Positions 19,798 through 28,249 of a DNA stretch of 64,000 nucleotides are shown here, in pieces (the stretch's first letter is position 1; every line of letters begins with the position of its first letter). The stretch is from positions 16,856 through 80,855 of the forward strand of contig CAKVHI010000005.1 in the NCBI GenBank assembly GCA_934747965.1, given 5' to 3'. This DNA comes from an uncultured Clostridia bacterium (GTDB lineage: Bacteria; Bacillota; Clostridia; Christensenellales; UBA1242). A program made the translations under genes and the position numbers. The notes beneath the pieces are model-generated. The model worked only from the letters and a program-made list of their open reading frames with translations, ran no database searches and was not told the DNA's origin.

Positions 19798-20589
19798 ATG
19801 GCAAGAAAAATAGTATTCACAAGTGGAAAAGGTGGTGTTGGCAAAACCACAATTTGTGCAAATCTGGGGGTAAAACTTGCAAAAATGGGTCAAAGAGTGG
19901 TTATGATTGACTTGGATATTGGTTTAAACAACCTTGATGTTGTGATGGGAATAGAAAACAAAATCGTTTTTGATATTATAGATTGTTTGGAAAACAAATG
20001 TAGGGTTAGGCAAGCATTGGTGCAAGACATGAGATATCCAAATTTATATGTTCTTCCAAGCAGTCATTTGTTTGCTTCAAACAATGTTAATGCTCACTCA
20101 TTAAAACTTATTATAGACAGTTTAGGTTTTACTTTTGACTATGTTTTGATTGATTGCCCTGCAGGAATTGATATTGGCTTTCATCGTGCTGTGTTTTGTG
20201 CCGATGAAGCATTAGTTGTTACAACGCCACACATTTCGGCAATTCGAGATGCAGATAAAGTTTTGAGTGTGCTTAAAAGTTATAATCTTGTAAGCACAAA
20301 ACTTGTTGTGAACCGAATTAGAGGCGATTTGGTGTTAAACGGCGAAATGGTTGAAGCGGGCAGAATTTCGAACTTGTTAAAAACCGAACTTTTGGGTGTG
20401 GTTGATGAAGATGACAAACTTGGAATAAAACTTGCAGGAACAAACTTAAAAAATGATTTTAAACATTTGTCTAGCATAGATGTTTTAGGGCTTAATTTGC
20501 ATAATGGAACAAATTATATTTACGACTACATGGCAAAGTATAGAGGTTTGTTTGGAAATATTAAGCGAAGTTTAAGGAGAAAACTATGA
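19798..20589 (+). CDS. minD: Septum site-determining ATPase MinD
   Basis: Deviant Walker A 'GKGGVGKTT'. 'LIDCPAGI'. C-terminal amphipathic membrane-targeting helix 'GLFGNIKRSLRRKL'. Confidence 0.95.
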   Translation: MARKIVFTSGKGGVGKTTICANLGVKLAKMGQRVVMIDLDIGLNNLDVVMGIENKIVFDIIDCLENKCRVRQALVQDMRYPNLYVLPSSHLFASNNVNAHSLKLIIDSLGFTFDYVLIDCPAGIDIGFHRAVFCADEALVVTTPHISAIRDADKVLSVLKSYNLVSTKLVVNRIRGDLVLNGEMVEAGRISNLLKTELLGVVDEDDKLGIKLAGTNLKNDFKHLSSIDVLGLNLHNGTNYIYDYMAKYRGLFGNIKRSLRRKL

Positions 20590-20816
20590 TGAATGAAGCC
20601 GAAGAAAGGTTAAGTAAAGCATTAATACTTGAGAAACATTTCAATCCCGAAAAAATCCGAAATGTTATTAAAAGCGATATTTTTAGTGTGTTAAAAAATT
20701 ATGGAGAAATTGAAGCCGAAGGTCTTGATTTTGACATTGAAATTTTGGATGATCTAAATTATCAAATTTCGTTTAAAGCAAAACTAAAATCTATTAAAGT
20801 TTTCAAAACATTTTAA
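20586..20816 (+). CDS. minE: Cell division topological specificity factor MinE (short N-terminus)
   Basis: ATGA overlap with minD. 'AEERLSKALILEK' and 'IKSDIFSVLKNYGEIEAEGLDFDI' fit the MinE anti-MinCD and topological-specificity regions. Confidence 0.6.
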   Translation: MMNEAEERLSKALILEKHFNPEKIRNVIKSDIFSVLKNYGEIEAEGLDFDIEILDDLNYQISFKAKLKSIKVFKTF

Positions 20817-20839
20817 ACATATATAATGCTATTTGATAA

Positions 20840-20845
20840 TATAAT
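20840..20845 (+). promoter_or_regulatory. -10 hexamer abutting the spoIVFA-like ATG
   Basis: TATAAT (20840-20845), 6 nt (atacaa), ATG at 20852. No SD and no clear -35. Confidence 0.4.
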
Positions 20846-20851
20846 ATACAA

Positions 20852-21448
20852 ATGAAAAATATTTTTGTAACGGTAAAAAAATCAAAAATTATAGTTGTTT
20901 TGTTGTGTTTGCTGGTTATATTTTCGCATTTTTTGTTGTATTTTAATATATTGGAATACAAAAATGTTGTTGACAGTTTAAGCAACAAAATTTTTAATGG
21001 TTTTAACAAAAAATCTAGTGAGTTTGAATATAACGAAAATGATAGTAATATTTATTTTGTCTCAAATTCTATGGAATATAAAATTTTGGGAAATAAACTT
21101 CCTGTTCTTTTTTTGCCATCAAATGAAGAATATCAACTAGAAAACGGTGTGTTTAAGTTTAAAATCACAACAAATCTTGTTGTAAAGTCGGCAGGCGAAG
21201 GGATTATCAAATCAGTAGGATACCTTGATAATGGACTAAAATATGTTGAGATAAGACACTCTGGAAATATTATAACAAGATATGAAAACTTAAAGATTGT
21301 TGGTGTTGGAACGAATTTTTTAGTAAAAAATATCCATGTTATAGGGTCAAGCGAACAAAATCAAGAAGTTGTTTTTAAAATTATGAAAAATGGTAAAATT
21401 TTGGATAATTTTGAACTTGTTAGCGGTGAAATAAAATGGCAAAATTAA
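20852..21448 (+). CDS. SpoIVFA-like membrane protein with degenerate M23/LytM domain
   Basis: N-terminal TM. C-terminal 'AGEGIIKSVGYLDNGLKYVEIRHSGNIITRYENL' is LytM-like but lacks the full HxxxD/HxH set. Overlaps the downstream S2P gene by 13 nt. The order minD -> spoIVFA -> spoIVFB is as in B. subtilis. Confidence 0.55.
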   Translation: MKNIFVTVKKSKIIVVLLCLLVIFSHFLLYFNILEYKNVVDSLSNKIFNGFNKKSSEFEYNENDSNIYFVSNSMEYKILGNKLPVLFLPSNEEYQLENGVFKFKITTNLVVKSAGEGIIKSVGYLDNGLKYVEIRHSGNIITRYENLKIVGVGTNFLVKNIHVIGSSEQNQEVVFKIMKNGKILDNFELVSGEIKWQN

Positions 21449-22287
21449 AAATAAAATTTCATCCGCTTTTTTGGGTGTTTCTAATTATTTTGTTGTTTTC
21501 AAACAATTTTTTAAGTTTGTTTAGTTATATTTTGTGCGTTTTTTTGCATGAACTTGGCCATGCTTTTATGGCAAATTGTTTGGGCTATAAACTTAACAAA
21601 ATCACTTTTTTGCCTTTTGGGGCAAGTTTATCATTAAAGGAAAATGTTTTTTACAAACCTAAGCACGAAATATTAGTTGCAATTTCAGGCCCAGTCGTAA
21701 ACTTAATTTTGGTAGTTGTGTCAACGGCACTTTTTTGGACAATCCCTCAATCTTACTTTTTTTTGGAAGATTTTTATTTTGCAAATTTAATAACTTTCTT
21801 TTTTAATCTTTTTCCAGTTTTTCCTCTTGACGGCGGAAGAGTTTTAAATGCCATGATAAAAACAAAACATTCTGCAAAAACAAGTTATAAGATTGTTAAG
21901 GTTGTGGGAATTATTTTTTCTTCTTTTTTGTTTGTTTTGTTTGTTGTTTCAAGTTTTTTCAAAATCAATTTTACTCTAGGTTTAACTTCAATATTTTTGA
22001 TTGCAGGACTATTTTTTGAAGATAATTCTAGTTATTATGTAACAAATTTTAATTTAACCAACAAATCAAAAAAGTTATATTCAGGATTAGAAACAAATGT
22101 TTTAACAATAAGTGAAGAAGCAAACCTATATTTTTTGTTGCGAAAACTTAATAAATATAAATATAATCTTGTTAATGTTGTGAGCAAAAATGGGTTTAAT
22201 AACAAAACATTATGTGAAGAAAAAATATATCAGATGTTTGTTGAAAACAATTTGTCCTCTAAAATAAAAGATTGCATAAAAGAATAA
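21436..22287 (+). CDS. Site-2 (M50) intramembrane metalloprotease, SpoIVFB-like
   Basis: 'HELGHAFMA' carries the HExxH motif within a TM helix. 'NLFPVFPLDGGRVL' carries the NxxPxxxLDG motif. C-terminal soluble domain present. Confidence 0.8.
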   Translation: MAKLKIKFHPLFWVFLIILLFSNNFLSLFSYILCVFLHELGHAFMANCLGYKLNKITFLPFGASLSLKENVFYKPKHEILVAISGPVVNLILVVVSTALFWTIPQSYFFLEDFYFANLITFFFNLFPVFPLDGGRVLNAMIKTKHSAKTSYKIVKVVGIIFSSFLFVLFVVSSFFKINFTLGLTSIFLIAGLFFEDNSSYYVTNFNLTNKSKKLYSGLETNVLTISEEANLYFLLRKLNKYKYNLVNVVSKNGFNNKTLCEEKIYQMFVENNLSSKIKDCIKE

Positions 22288-22315
22288 AATAAAATTTTGT
22301 GTTAATAATTTTTTT

Positions 22316-22828
22316 GTGAAACAAGTTTTGAAATATATTTATTCAGTATTAACCGAAAATGTAAAATTTGCCGAAAGCAAACACAGCATTTTGATTGCCT
22401 TAAATGGTGTGCTGATTGTTTTTTTAAGTGGATACCTAAGCAAAAATTCGATAATTATAAAGTTTTTAACTTGTGTGATAATAGTTTTTGCTCTTCTTAG
22501 TTTATTTTTCAATTTTATGGCACTTTTATCTCGAAAAATCAGATATAAACGCAACATTAATATTAAAAGAGATGGGCTTAATCTTATATACTACAAACAC
22601 ATAATAAATTTTAGTTATGAACAATATCTGGAGGAAATAAAAAAGTATTACAATTTTCCAGCGGATTACGAATTTGATGGTTTAGATTACGATTTAAGCA
22701 AACAGATAATTGCAATAAGTGATGTTACAAACCTTAAATTTACTTATTTCAACATAAGTTTGATTTTTTTGTTTGTCGAACTATTGCTAACAATTTTGGA
22801 TATTTCACTTGTAGGACTTTTGTTTTAA
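22316..22828 (+). CDS. Hypothetical 3-TM protein, reminiscent of small TM effector modules (Pycsar/DUF5706-like pattern)
   Basis: GTG start with no SD. 'VKFAESKHSILIALNGVLIVFL' is followed by a second TM, a ~75-aa soluble region ('NLIYYKHIINFSYEQYLEEI...LSKQIIAISDVTNLKF') and a C-terminal TM. Confidence 0.5.
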   Translation: MKQVLKYIYSVLTENVKFAESKHSILIALNGVLIVFLSGYLSKNSIIIKFLTCVIIVFALLSLFFNFMALLSRKIRYKRNINIKRDGLNLIYYKHIINFSYEQYLEEIKKYYNFPADYEFDGLDYDLSKQIIAISDVTNLKFTYFNISLIFLFVELLLTILDISLVGLLF

Positions 22829-23181
22829 TGAAAAATTTTTATAAAGAATTTATTTCATATATGTCGGGATTAATTGAGGATGACCCGATTCCTTATGAAA
22901 TTAAAAGCTTAGTGTTTTATATTAACAGCCATAACGAAATCGGCTTTAGTGCAACAGAAAAAGAAGAGGTTAAAACGGTAGACTTGTTTTTTTATTTCCC
23001 CTTAGAGGCAGAATTTTTTTATTGCCCGAAGTTAACAGAAATTATGGTTAAAAACACAAAAATTAAAAATCTTGAAATTTTAAAGTTATTGCTAGTTAAT
23101 CTAAAAAAAGATGATTATTTTAAAAAATTCAATATTTTTTATGGATATTTATTTGAAAAAGCACATAAAATCAAAAACTAA
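22828..23181 (+). CDS. Hypothetical small cytoplasmic protein, translationally coupled partner
   Basis: The ATG overlaps the upstream stop (TAATG). 117 aa, no TM, no recognisable motif. Confidence 0.5.
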   Translation: MKNFYKEFISYMSGLIEDDPIPYEIKSLVFYINSHNEIGFSATEKEEVKTVDLFFYFPLEAEFFYCPKLTEIMVKNTKIKNLEILKLLLVNLKKDDYFKKFNIFYGYLFEKAHKIKN

Positions 23182-23330
23182 ATATTTTGGCGTAAATTTT
23201 TAAACTTTTGTTAGTGTAATATTTTGAAGAAAAAAATAACAAGCAAAAATTAAAAGATTTGATAAAAAGTTTTTAAAAAATGTTATATATTCAAAATTTT
23301 TATCATATATTTTACCATAATGGAGGAATT

Positions 23331-24806
23331 ATGATAAGCGATAATATTTATAAAGATATTGCAAAACGCTCTAATGGCGATATTTATCTTGGAATTGTTG
23401 GTCCAGTAAGAACAGGCAAAAGCACATTTATATCTAATTTTGTTAATAAATTAGTTTTACCTAATATTGTAAACGAATATGACAGGGAACGCAATTTTGA
23501 CGAACTGCCACAAAGCGCAAATGGCAAAATGGTAATGACAACTCAGCCTAAATTTATTCCATCGCAAGCAGTAAAAATTAATGTTTCTGATGTCGAAATG
23601 AAAGTAAGGCTTGTAGATTGTGTTGGCTATATGATTGACGGCGCTAAAGGCGACAGTGATGAAGATATTCCAAGAATGGTTAAAACCCCTTGGAGTGATG
23701 AAGAAATGCCATTCAATGAAGCGGCAGAAATTGGCACAAAAAAGGTTATAACTGACCATTCAACAATAGCGGTTATGGTTACTTGTGATGGAAGTTTTTC
23801 TTCTCTACCGCGTGAAAATTATGTTAAGGCTGAAGAAGAAGTAGTTAGTGAACTTAAAAAATCAAACAAACCTTTCTGCATAGTTTTGAACAGTGCTAAT
23901 AAAGACAGCGAAGAAACTACAAAACTAGCACAAAGTTTGAGCGAAAAATACGATGCTCCTGTTGTGCCAATAGATTGTTTAAATCTTGATGAAAATGATG
24001 TTAGTTTAATTATGGAAGAAGTTTTGAAACAATTTCCAATAGAAAGCATTGAAGTTAAACTTCCAAAATGGATGGAAGCTTTAGATTTTGAAGATGAACT
24101 TATTAAAGAAGTTATAGATGAAATCAAAAATCTTGTTGATGTTGACGATAAGATTGGAGATTTTAAACTTAATGGTGTTTTGTTTGAAAACAGTGAAAAT
24201 TTTGAAAGTTTAACTGACGCAAAGGTCAAACTTGATGAAGGCACTATAAACATAAAAGTAGAACCAAAACCTGAATTATTCTATAAAGTTTTGTCAAAAC
24301 AATGCAATTTAGAAATTAATGATGATTATACATTGATTAATTATTTAAAAGAATTAACCTATGCGAAAGCAGAATTTGACAAAGTTAAAGAAGCGTTAGA
24401 AAGCGTAAATGAAACTGGTTATGGAGTCGTTTATCCAAAGCAAGAAGATATTGTTTTGGAAGAACCTGTGCTTACAAAACAAAGCGGAAAATATGGTGTT
24501 AAAATCAAAGCTAAAGCACCATCTCTTCACATAATGCGTGTTGATGTTGATGCCGAAATTAGCCCTATTGTTGGCACTCAAAATCAAAGTGAGGATTTAA
24601 TTAAATTTTTAAAAGAAGAGCAAGATGTAAATCCTAACGGAATTTGGGAAACTAACTTGTTTGGAAAAAGTTTGCAAAGTTTGATTAATGATGGTGTTAA
24701 TTCAAAAATCACTTTAATGCCACAAGATGCTCAAAAGAAAATGCGCAGAACTTTGACTAGAATTGTAAATGAAGGAAAAGGCGGAATAATCTGTATTTTG
24801 TTGTAG
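23331..24806 (+). CDS. spoIVA: Stage IV sporulation protein A (spore coat basement-layer ATPase)
   Basis: 'IYKDIAKRSNGDIYLGIVGPVRTGKSTFI' contains the Walker A motif. The C-terminal 'RRTLTRIVNEGKGGIICILL' is the conserved SpoIVA end. The start at 23331 is chosen for the SD GGAGGA, so the track start at 23280 is rejected. Confidence 0.93.
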   Translation: MISDNIYKDIAKRSNGDIYLGIVGPVRTGKSTFISNFVNKLVLPNIVNEYDRERNFDELPQSANGKMVMTTQPKFIPSQAVKINVSDVEMKVRLVDCVGYMIDGAKGDSDEDIPRMVKTPWSDEEMPFNEAAEIGTKKVITDHSTIAVMVTCDGSFSSLPRENYVKAEEEVVSELKKSNKPFCIVLNSANKDSEETTKLAQSLSEKYDAPVVPIDCLNLDENDVSLIMEEVLKQFPIESIEVKLPKWMEALDFEDELIKEVIDEIKNLVDVDDKIGDFKLNGVLFENSENFESLTDAKVKLDEGTINIKVEPKPELFYKVLSKQCNLEINDDYTLINYLKELTYAKAEFDKVKEALESVNETGYGVVYPKQEDIVLEEPVLTKQSGKYGVKIKAKAPSLHIMRVDVDAEISPIVGTQNQSEDLIKFLKEEQDVNPNGIWETNLFGKSLQSLINDGVNSKITLMPQDAQKKMRRTLTRIVNEGKGGIICILL

Positions 24807-24810
24807 ACAA

Positions 24811-24857
24811 AAAAAAGTTAATATAAGGTGCCAAAGCATTTTTATATTAACTTTTTT
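24811..24857. terminator. Bidirectional terminator between spoIVA and the DUF1540 gene
   Basis: AAAGTTAATATAA (24814-24826), 15-nt loop, TTATATTAACTTT (24842-24854), flanked by A and T runs. Confidence 0.75.
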
Positions 24858-24886
24858 ATAAAATATTTGTAGTTTTTTAATTTTTT

Positions 24887-25216
24887 TTATTTTTCTATTT
24901 GTGTAACACAAACAGGAGTGTTATTATCGTTCGAACTTTCAAGAACAGTTATTCCGTTTGCAGAGCATAGACCCTCACGATTAAACAAACATTTGGCATC
25001 ACAATAAATTTTTGCTTCTTTGTTTGAAACATGAGAATTTAGACCGCTTGAAATTTCAAACATATTTTTTGCTGTTTGTTGTTTTAAATCTTGTGCCTTT
25101 GCTTCTGAAAATTCATAGGTTTCACAATCAACACCATTTCCAACTTTTATTTTTCCAGCAGTGCAACAGCAAAATTTGTTGTGGGCACATTCACATTTTT
25201 TGCATTTTATATCCAT
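24887..25216 (-). CDS. DUF1540 domain protein (two repeats)
   Basis: Two Cys-rich units, 'KCECAHNKFCCCTAGKIKVG' and 'YCDAKCLFNREGLCSANGITV', fit the DUF1540 pattern common in spore formers. SD AAGGAGA. Confidence 0.75.
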   Translation of the reverse strand: MDIKCKKCECAHNKFCCCTAGKIKVGNGVDCETYEFSEAKAQDLKQQTAKNMFEISSGLNSHVSNKEAKIYCDAKCLFNREGLCSANGITVLESSNDNNTPVCVTQIEK

Positions 25217-25272
25217 AAAAAATCTCCTTTATTAAAAAATTATTTCAAAAAAAATTAATTTTAAACAAAAAT

Positions 25273-25301
25273 TTGACAACTCTTAAAATTTTTCTTAAAA
25301 T
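25273..25301 (+). promoter_or_regulatory. Promoter of rplI
   Basis: TTGACA (25273-25278), 17 nt, TAAAAT (25296-25301). Confidence 0.6.
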
Positions 25302-25319
25302 ATGAAAAAGGAGTTAATT

Positions 25320-25766
25320 ATGTTAGTTATATTACTTGAAGATGTTAAAGGCACAGGCAAAAAAGGCGAAGTTAAAAAAGTCAGCGATGGTTATGCGAAA
25401 AACTTTTTGCTTAAAAACAAAAAAGCCGTAATTGCAGACAGCGTAAATCTTAATGTTAATGCACAAAAAAAATCAGCAGATGCTTTTCATGAACAAGAAA
25501 GAGTTAAAGAATTTACTTTAATGAAGGAAGAATTGAAAGATAAAACTTTTAACATTTCTGTTAAGGTTGGGGGAAATGGAAAATTGTTTGGAGCAATCAC
25601 AACAAAAGAGATTGCCGATGAAATTACAAAAAGTTTTGGTAAAAAAATTGACAAACGCCAAGTAGTTTTGCCTGAGCCTATAAAAACAGTTGGGCAAAAT
25701 AGGGTGGAAATAAAATTGTATAAAAATATTTCGACTTTTGTTAATATTTTGATAAGTAAAAAATAA
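25320..25766 (+). CDS. rplI: 50S ribosomal protein L9
   Basis: '[30 protein letters not shown]' is the canonical L9 N-terminus. ATG at 25320 lies 6 nt after GGAG, so the track start at 25302 is rejected. Confidence 0.93.
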   Translation: MLVILLEDVKGTGKKGEVKKVSDGYAKNFLLKNKKAVIADSVNLNVNAQKKSADAFHEQERVKEFTLMKEELKDKTFNISVKVGGNGKLFGAITTKEIADEITKSFGKKIDKRQVVLPEPIKTVGQNRVEIKLYKNISTFVNILISKK

Positions 25767-25782
25767 TAAATTGTAAAAAAAA

Positions 25783-25811
25783 TTGATTTTTTAGAATATT
25801 TGTAATATAAT
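25783..25811 (+). promoter_or_regulatory. Sigma-A promoter of the small membrane protein gene
   Basis: TTGATT (25783-25788), 17 nt, TATAAT (25806-25811). Confidence 0.55.
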
Positions 25812-25841
25812 AAGAATATATTAATTTAGGAGGAAATTTTT

Positions 25842-26069
25842 ATGGCAAAAAGATCATCTAAAGATTACTTTGGCTTGGGCAGAGTTTTGAGTATAATTCT
25901 TGCAATTATTCCTATAACTGCTTGGCTATGTGGCGCAATCACAAGATTTAAAGAAGGTAAACTTGTTGCTGGCTTAATCAGATTGATTTTTGGTTTTACA
26001 ATCGTTTGGATTATTGACTTAGTATTAATGATTTTAGACGGCAGAATTTTAAGACTTTTGAATGTATAA
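25842..26069 (+). CDS. Hypothetical small (75 aa) two-TM membrane protein
   Basis: Strong SD TAGGAGGA, its own promoter and its own terminator. Two hydrophobic helices. Confidence 0.6.
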   Translation: MAKRSSKDYFGLGRVLSIILAIIPITAWLCGAITRFKEGKLVAGLIRLIFGFTIVWIIDLVLMILDGRILRLLNV

Positions 26070-26078
26070 AAGTTTTTA

Positions 26079-26117
26079 AAAGCATAAATTAAAATTTGAA
26101 TTTATGCTTTTTTTTAC
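26079..26117. terminator. Bidirectional terminator
   Basis: AGCATAAATT (26081-26090), 8-nt loop, AATTTATGCT (26099-26108), then T8. Confidence 0.8.
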
Positions 26118-26157
26118 TAAAAATATCAAAAAAATATCAAAAAAATATCAAAATGAT

Positions 26158-26700
26158 TTAATTATCTCTAAAAATATAATTAAAATTTATATCTCCCATT
26201 TTAACTATATAATCTTTATTTTCAAGTTTTCCTTTAAAATAGAATTTATCAGTTTTTATCTTGCCATTCATATCCACATATTTAATATCATAAAAATTAT
26301 AACCAAGGATGTTCAAGAAAGGGTTTATATAAAACAAATCGTTTTTTGTGTATACAATTCCTATCAAGAACAAAATTAACAAAAATATAACAAACATACT
26401 TATTTTTTCAAGTTCAAAGGTTAAAGCAAACAAAACAAAAAGTGAAAAATAGCCTAAAAAGTGTTGCTGAGTTATGCAATTTTTTTGTATTATTCTTATT
26501 TTAATAACCTGATTATTGTTTCTATTTTCCAAAATAAGTCCTAAAATTCCAAGCAATATCAAAAGAAGTAGCAAACACAGTGAAAACGAATTTAAAACAT
26601 TAAAAGTTAAATTATTGTTTATAATTTCAATCAAAATTTTAATTATTATTAAACAATATAAAGGAATGAATGCACTCAAATATAAAAAAACTTTTTTCAT
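26158..26700 (-). CDS. Hypothetical multi-pass membrane protein
   Basis: Four hydrophobic helices, then a ~60-aa soluble C-terminus. No SD. Preferred over the overlapping plus-strand ORF at 26104-26379, which is low-complexity. Confidence 0.5.
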   Translation of the reverse strand: MKKVFLYLSAFIPLYCLIIIKILIEIINNNLTFNVLNSFSLCLLLLLILLGILGLILENRNNNQVIKIRIIQKNCITQQHFLGYFSLFVLFALTFELEKISMFVIFLLILFLIGIVYTKNDLFYINPFLNILGYNFYDIKYVDMNGKIKTDKFYFKGKLENKDYIVKMGDINFNYIFRDN

Positions 26701-26835
26701 ATAAATATTATGTATAAAAAATTAAATTTTATAATTTTTGGATATTTAAAATGCTAAAAAATATATAAACTCTTGCTTTTATTTCTTACAAAACCCATTT
26801 TAATGCTATTGTGTTTTAAATGGTAATAAAAAAAT

Positions 26836-26866
26836 AATAAAAAAAAGTGCTTAATGCACTTTTTTT
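26836..26866 (-). terminator. Terminator of the major TasA-like gene
   Basis: On the minus strand, TAA is followed by AAAAAAGTGC, loop ATTAA, GCACTTTTTT. Confidence 0.7.
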
Positions 26867-27512
26867 AAGCACCTGTTCCGTAAGTAGTAGTCCATTCTTC
26901 AGGGGCAGTAGTCCAAACTTCACTAGCTGCACCATTAGCATATTGAATAGCTTCAACTTGGAAAGTTACAGTATAAACTTTGTTAGCATCAGTGTTTGTT
27001 AAACTTTTTGGAATAGTAATTTCTGTACAGAAATCAACACTATCACCAGCGTTTACAGAGCCGTTGTAATAATAGTAATCATCATCGGCTTTAACCCACT
27101 TATCGCTTGTTGTTGCAGTGATAGGTGTTCCAGCTTCGCCAGTGTTTGTTAAAGTTAGTTTGCATCTTAAAACAGATTTGCTAGTGTTTTGAGGAACGCT
27201 AACACCAATCGCTTGAGTGTATTTTGTTCCTGGCATAGCAGTACCGCTAAATGTTAACGATTCAACGCTTGCACCACCTTGAGTGATGTTGATGTTTACT
27301 GGGTCGCCAAGCGTAATGTTACCAGTTGCTGTTTGGTTTGCACTAAAAAATGCTGCAGTTAATCCAAGAATTAAACTTAAACCTAAAAGCACAGATAGTG
27401 TTATAATTGCAACTGTAGATGCACCTCGATTTTTTCGTGCATTGACTGCAACGACTTTTTTGTTGTCCCCAGTTTTTTTAACAGGGGCTGGTTTGTTACT
27501 GTTATTGTCCAT
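26865..27512 (-). CDS. TasA/BsaA-like SipW-dependent secreted protein, paralog 3 (probable major subunit)
   Basis: Strong SD AAGGAGGG. Signal region ends 'LTAAFFSANQTATGNITLG'. C-terminal 'TVTFQVEAIQYANGAASEVWTTAPEEW'. T/G/A-rich and noticeably more GC-rich than its neighbours. Confidence 0.65.
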   Translation of the reverse strand: MDNNSNKPAPVKKTGDNKKVVAVNARKNRGASTVAIITLSVLLGLSLILGLTAAFFSANQTATGNITLGDPVNINITQGGASVESLTFSGTAMPGTKYTQAIGVSVPQNTSKSVLRCKLTLTNTGEAGTPITATTSDKWVKADDDYYYYNGSVNAGDSVDFCTEITIPKSLTNTDANKVYTVTFQVEAIQYANGAASEVWTTAPEEWTTTYGTGA

Positions 27513-27616
27513 TTTTCCCTCCTTTTTTATTGTTAATTTTAGTTTTGCAAATTTTAAAAAAAATATGCAAAAAAATTCTGTATTTATTTTCAGTTTTAAC
27601 GAATAATATCTATATA

Positions 27617-28183
27617 ATGAATAACATAGCTAATAAAAAAGATAGCAAAACAATAATGATTGTGGTGCTTGCATCACTAATCTTTTTTATAGAAATAATA
27701 ACACTGTCTGTTGCATATTTCGACCAAAGTAAAAAAGCTGGTGGAGAAATTAGACTTGGAGAGTTAGATTTTAATATTCTTACCGAAATTTCTAATAGCA
27801 ACGAAATTTTGCCCGGGGATGATGTCGAAATGAAAATTTCTGTTCAAAATTACGCTCAAAACAAACAAAATTTAGTGCCGTTTTATTTTAGATTTAAAAT
27901 TTTGAACAATGATGAAGAATACGATAAAAATTTAATTACATTTTTTGATGAAAATGACTTTGTTTATTCAAATGGATATTATTATTTTAAGCAAAAACTA
28001 GATTTTAATAAGATATGTAAATTAACAAAAAGCATAAAAATTTCGCCAGAATTATCACAAAAACAAAGCGAAGAGTTTGATTTAAAAATTTTGGTTGATG
28101 CTGTTCAAAGTGAATATGGGGCATATAAAGATGTGTTTTTTGATGCACCTCAAGAGTGGATTAGTATTATAGAAAATGGCTAA
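27617..28183 (+). CDS. TasA/BsaA-like SipW-dependent secreted protein, paralog 4
   Basis: 'LSVAYFDQSKKAGGEIRLGELDF' is a SipW-class signal junction. C-terminal 'LKILVDAVQSEYGAYKDVFFDAPQEW'. The ATG at 27617 has no SD but has TAATAT 7 nt upstream. The track start at 27530 is rejected. Confidence 0.55.
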   Translation: MNNIANKKDSKTIMIVVLASLIFFIEIITLSVAYFDQSKKAGGEIRLGELDFNILTEISNSNEILPGDDVEMKISVQNYAQNKQNLVPFYFRFKILNNDEEYDKNLITFFDENDFVYSNGYYYFKQKLDFNKICKLTKSIKISPELSQKQSEEFDLKILVDAVQSEYGAYKDVFFDAPQEWISIIENG

Positions 28184-28249
28184 AATCGCTTTACTTTAGA
28201 TATTTTTTTATATATAATTATAGAAACATAAGATAAAATAGGGGGTTTT

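Noticed and set aside
26104-26379. Plus-strand 91-aa ORF overlapping the 26158-26700 minus-strand gene
   Set aside because: Its translation is I/K/F low-complexity with no start context. The minus-strand frame gives a coherent four-TM protein and fits the flanking terminators.
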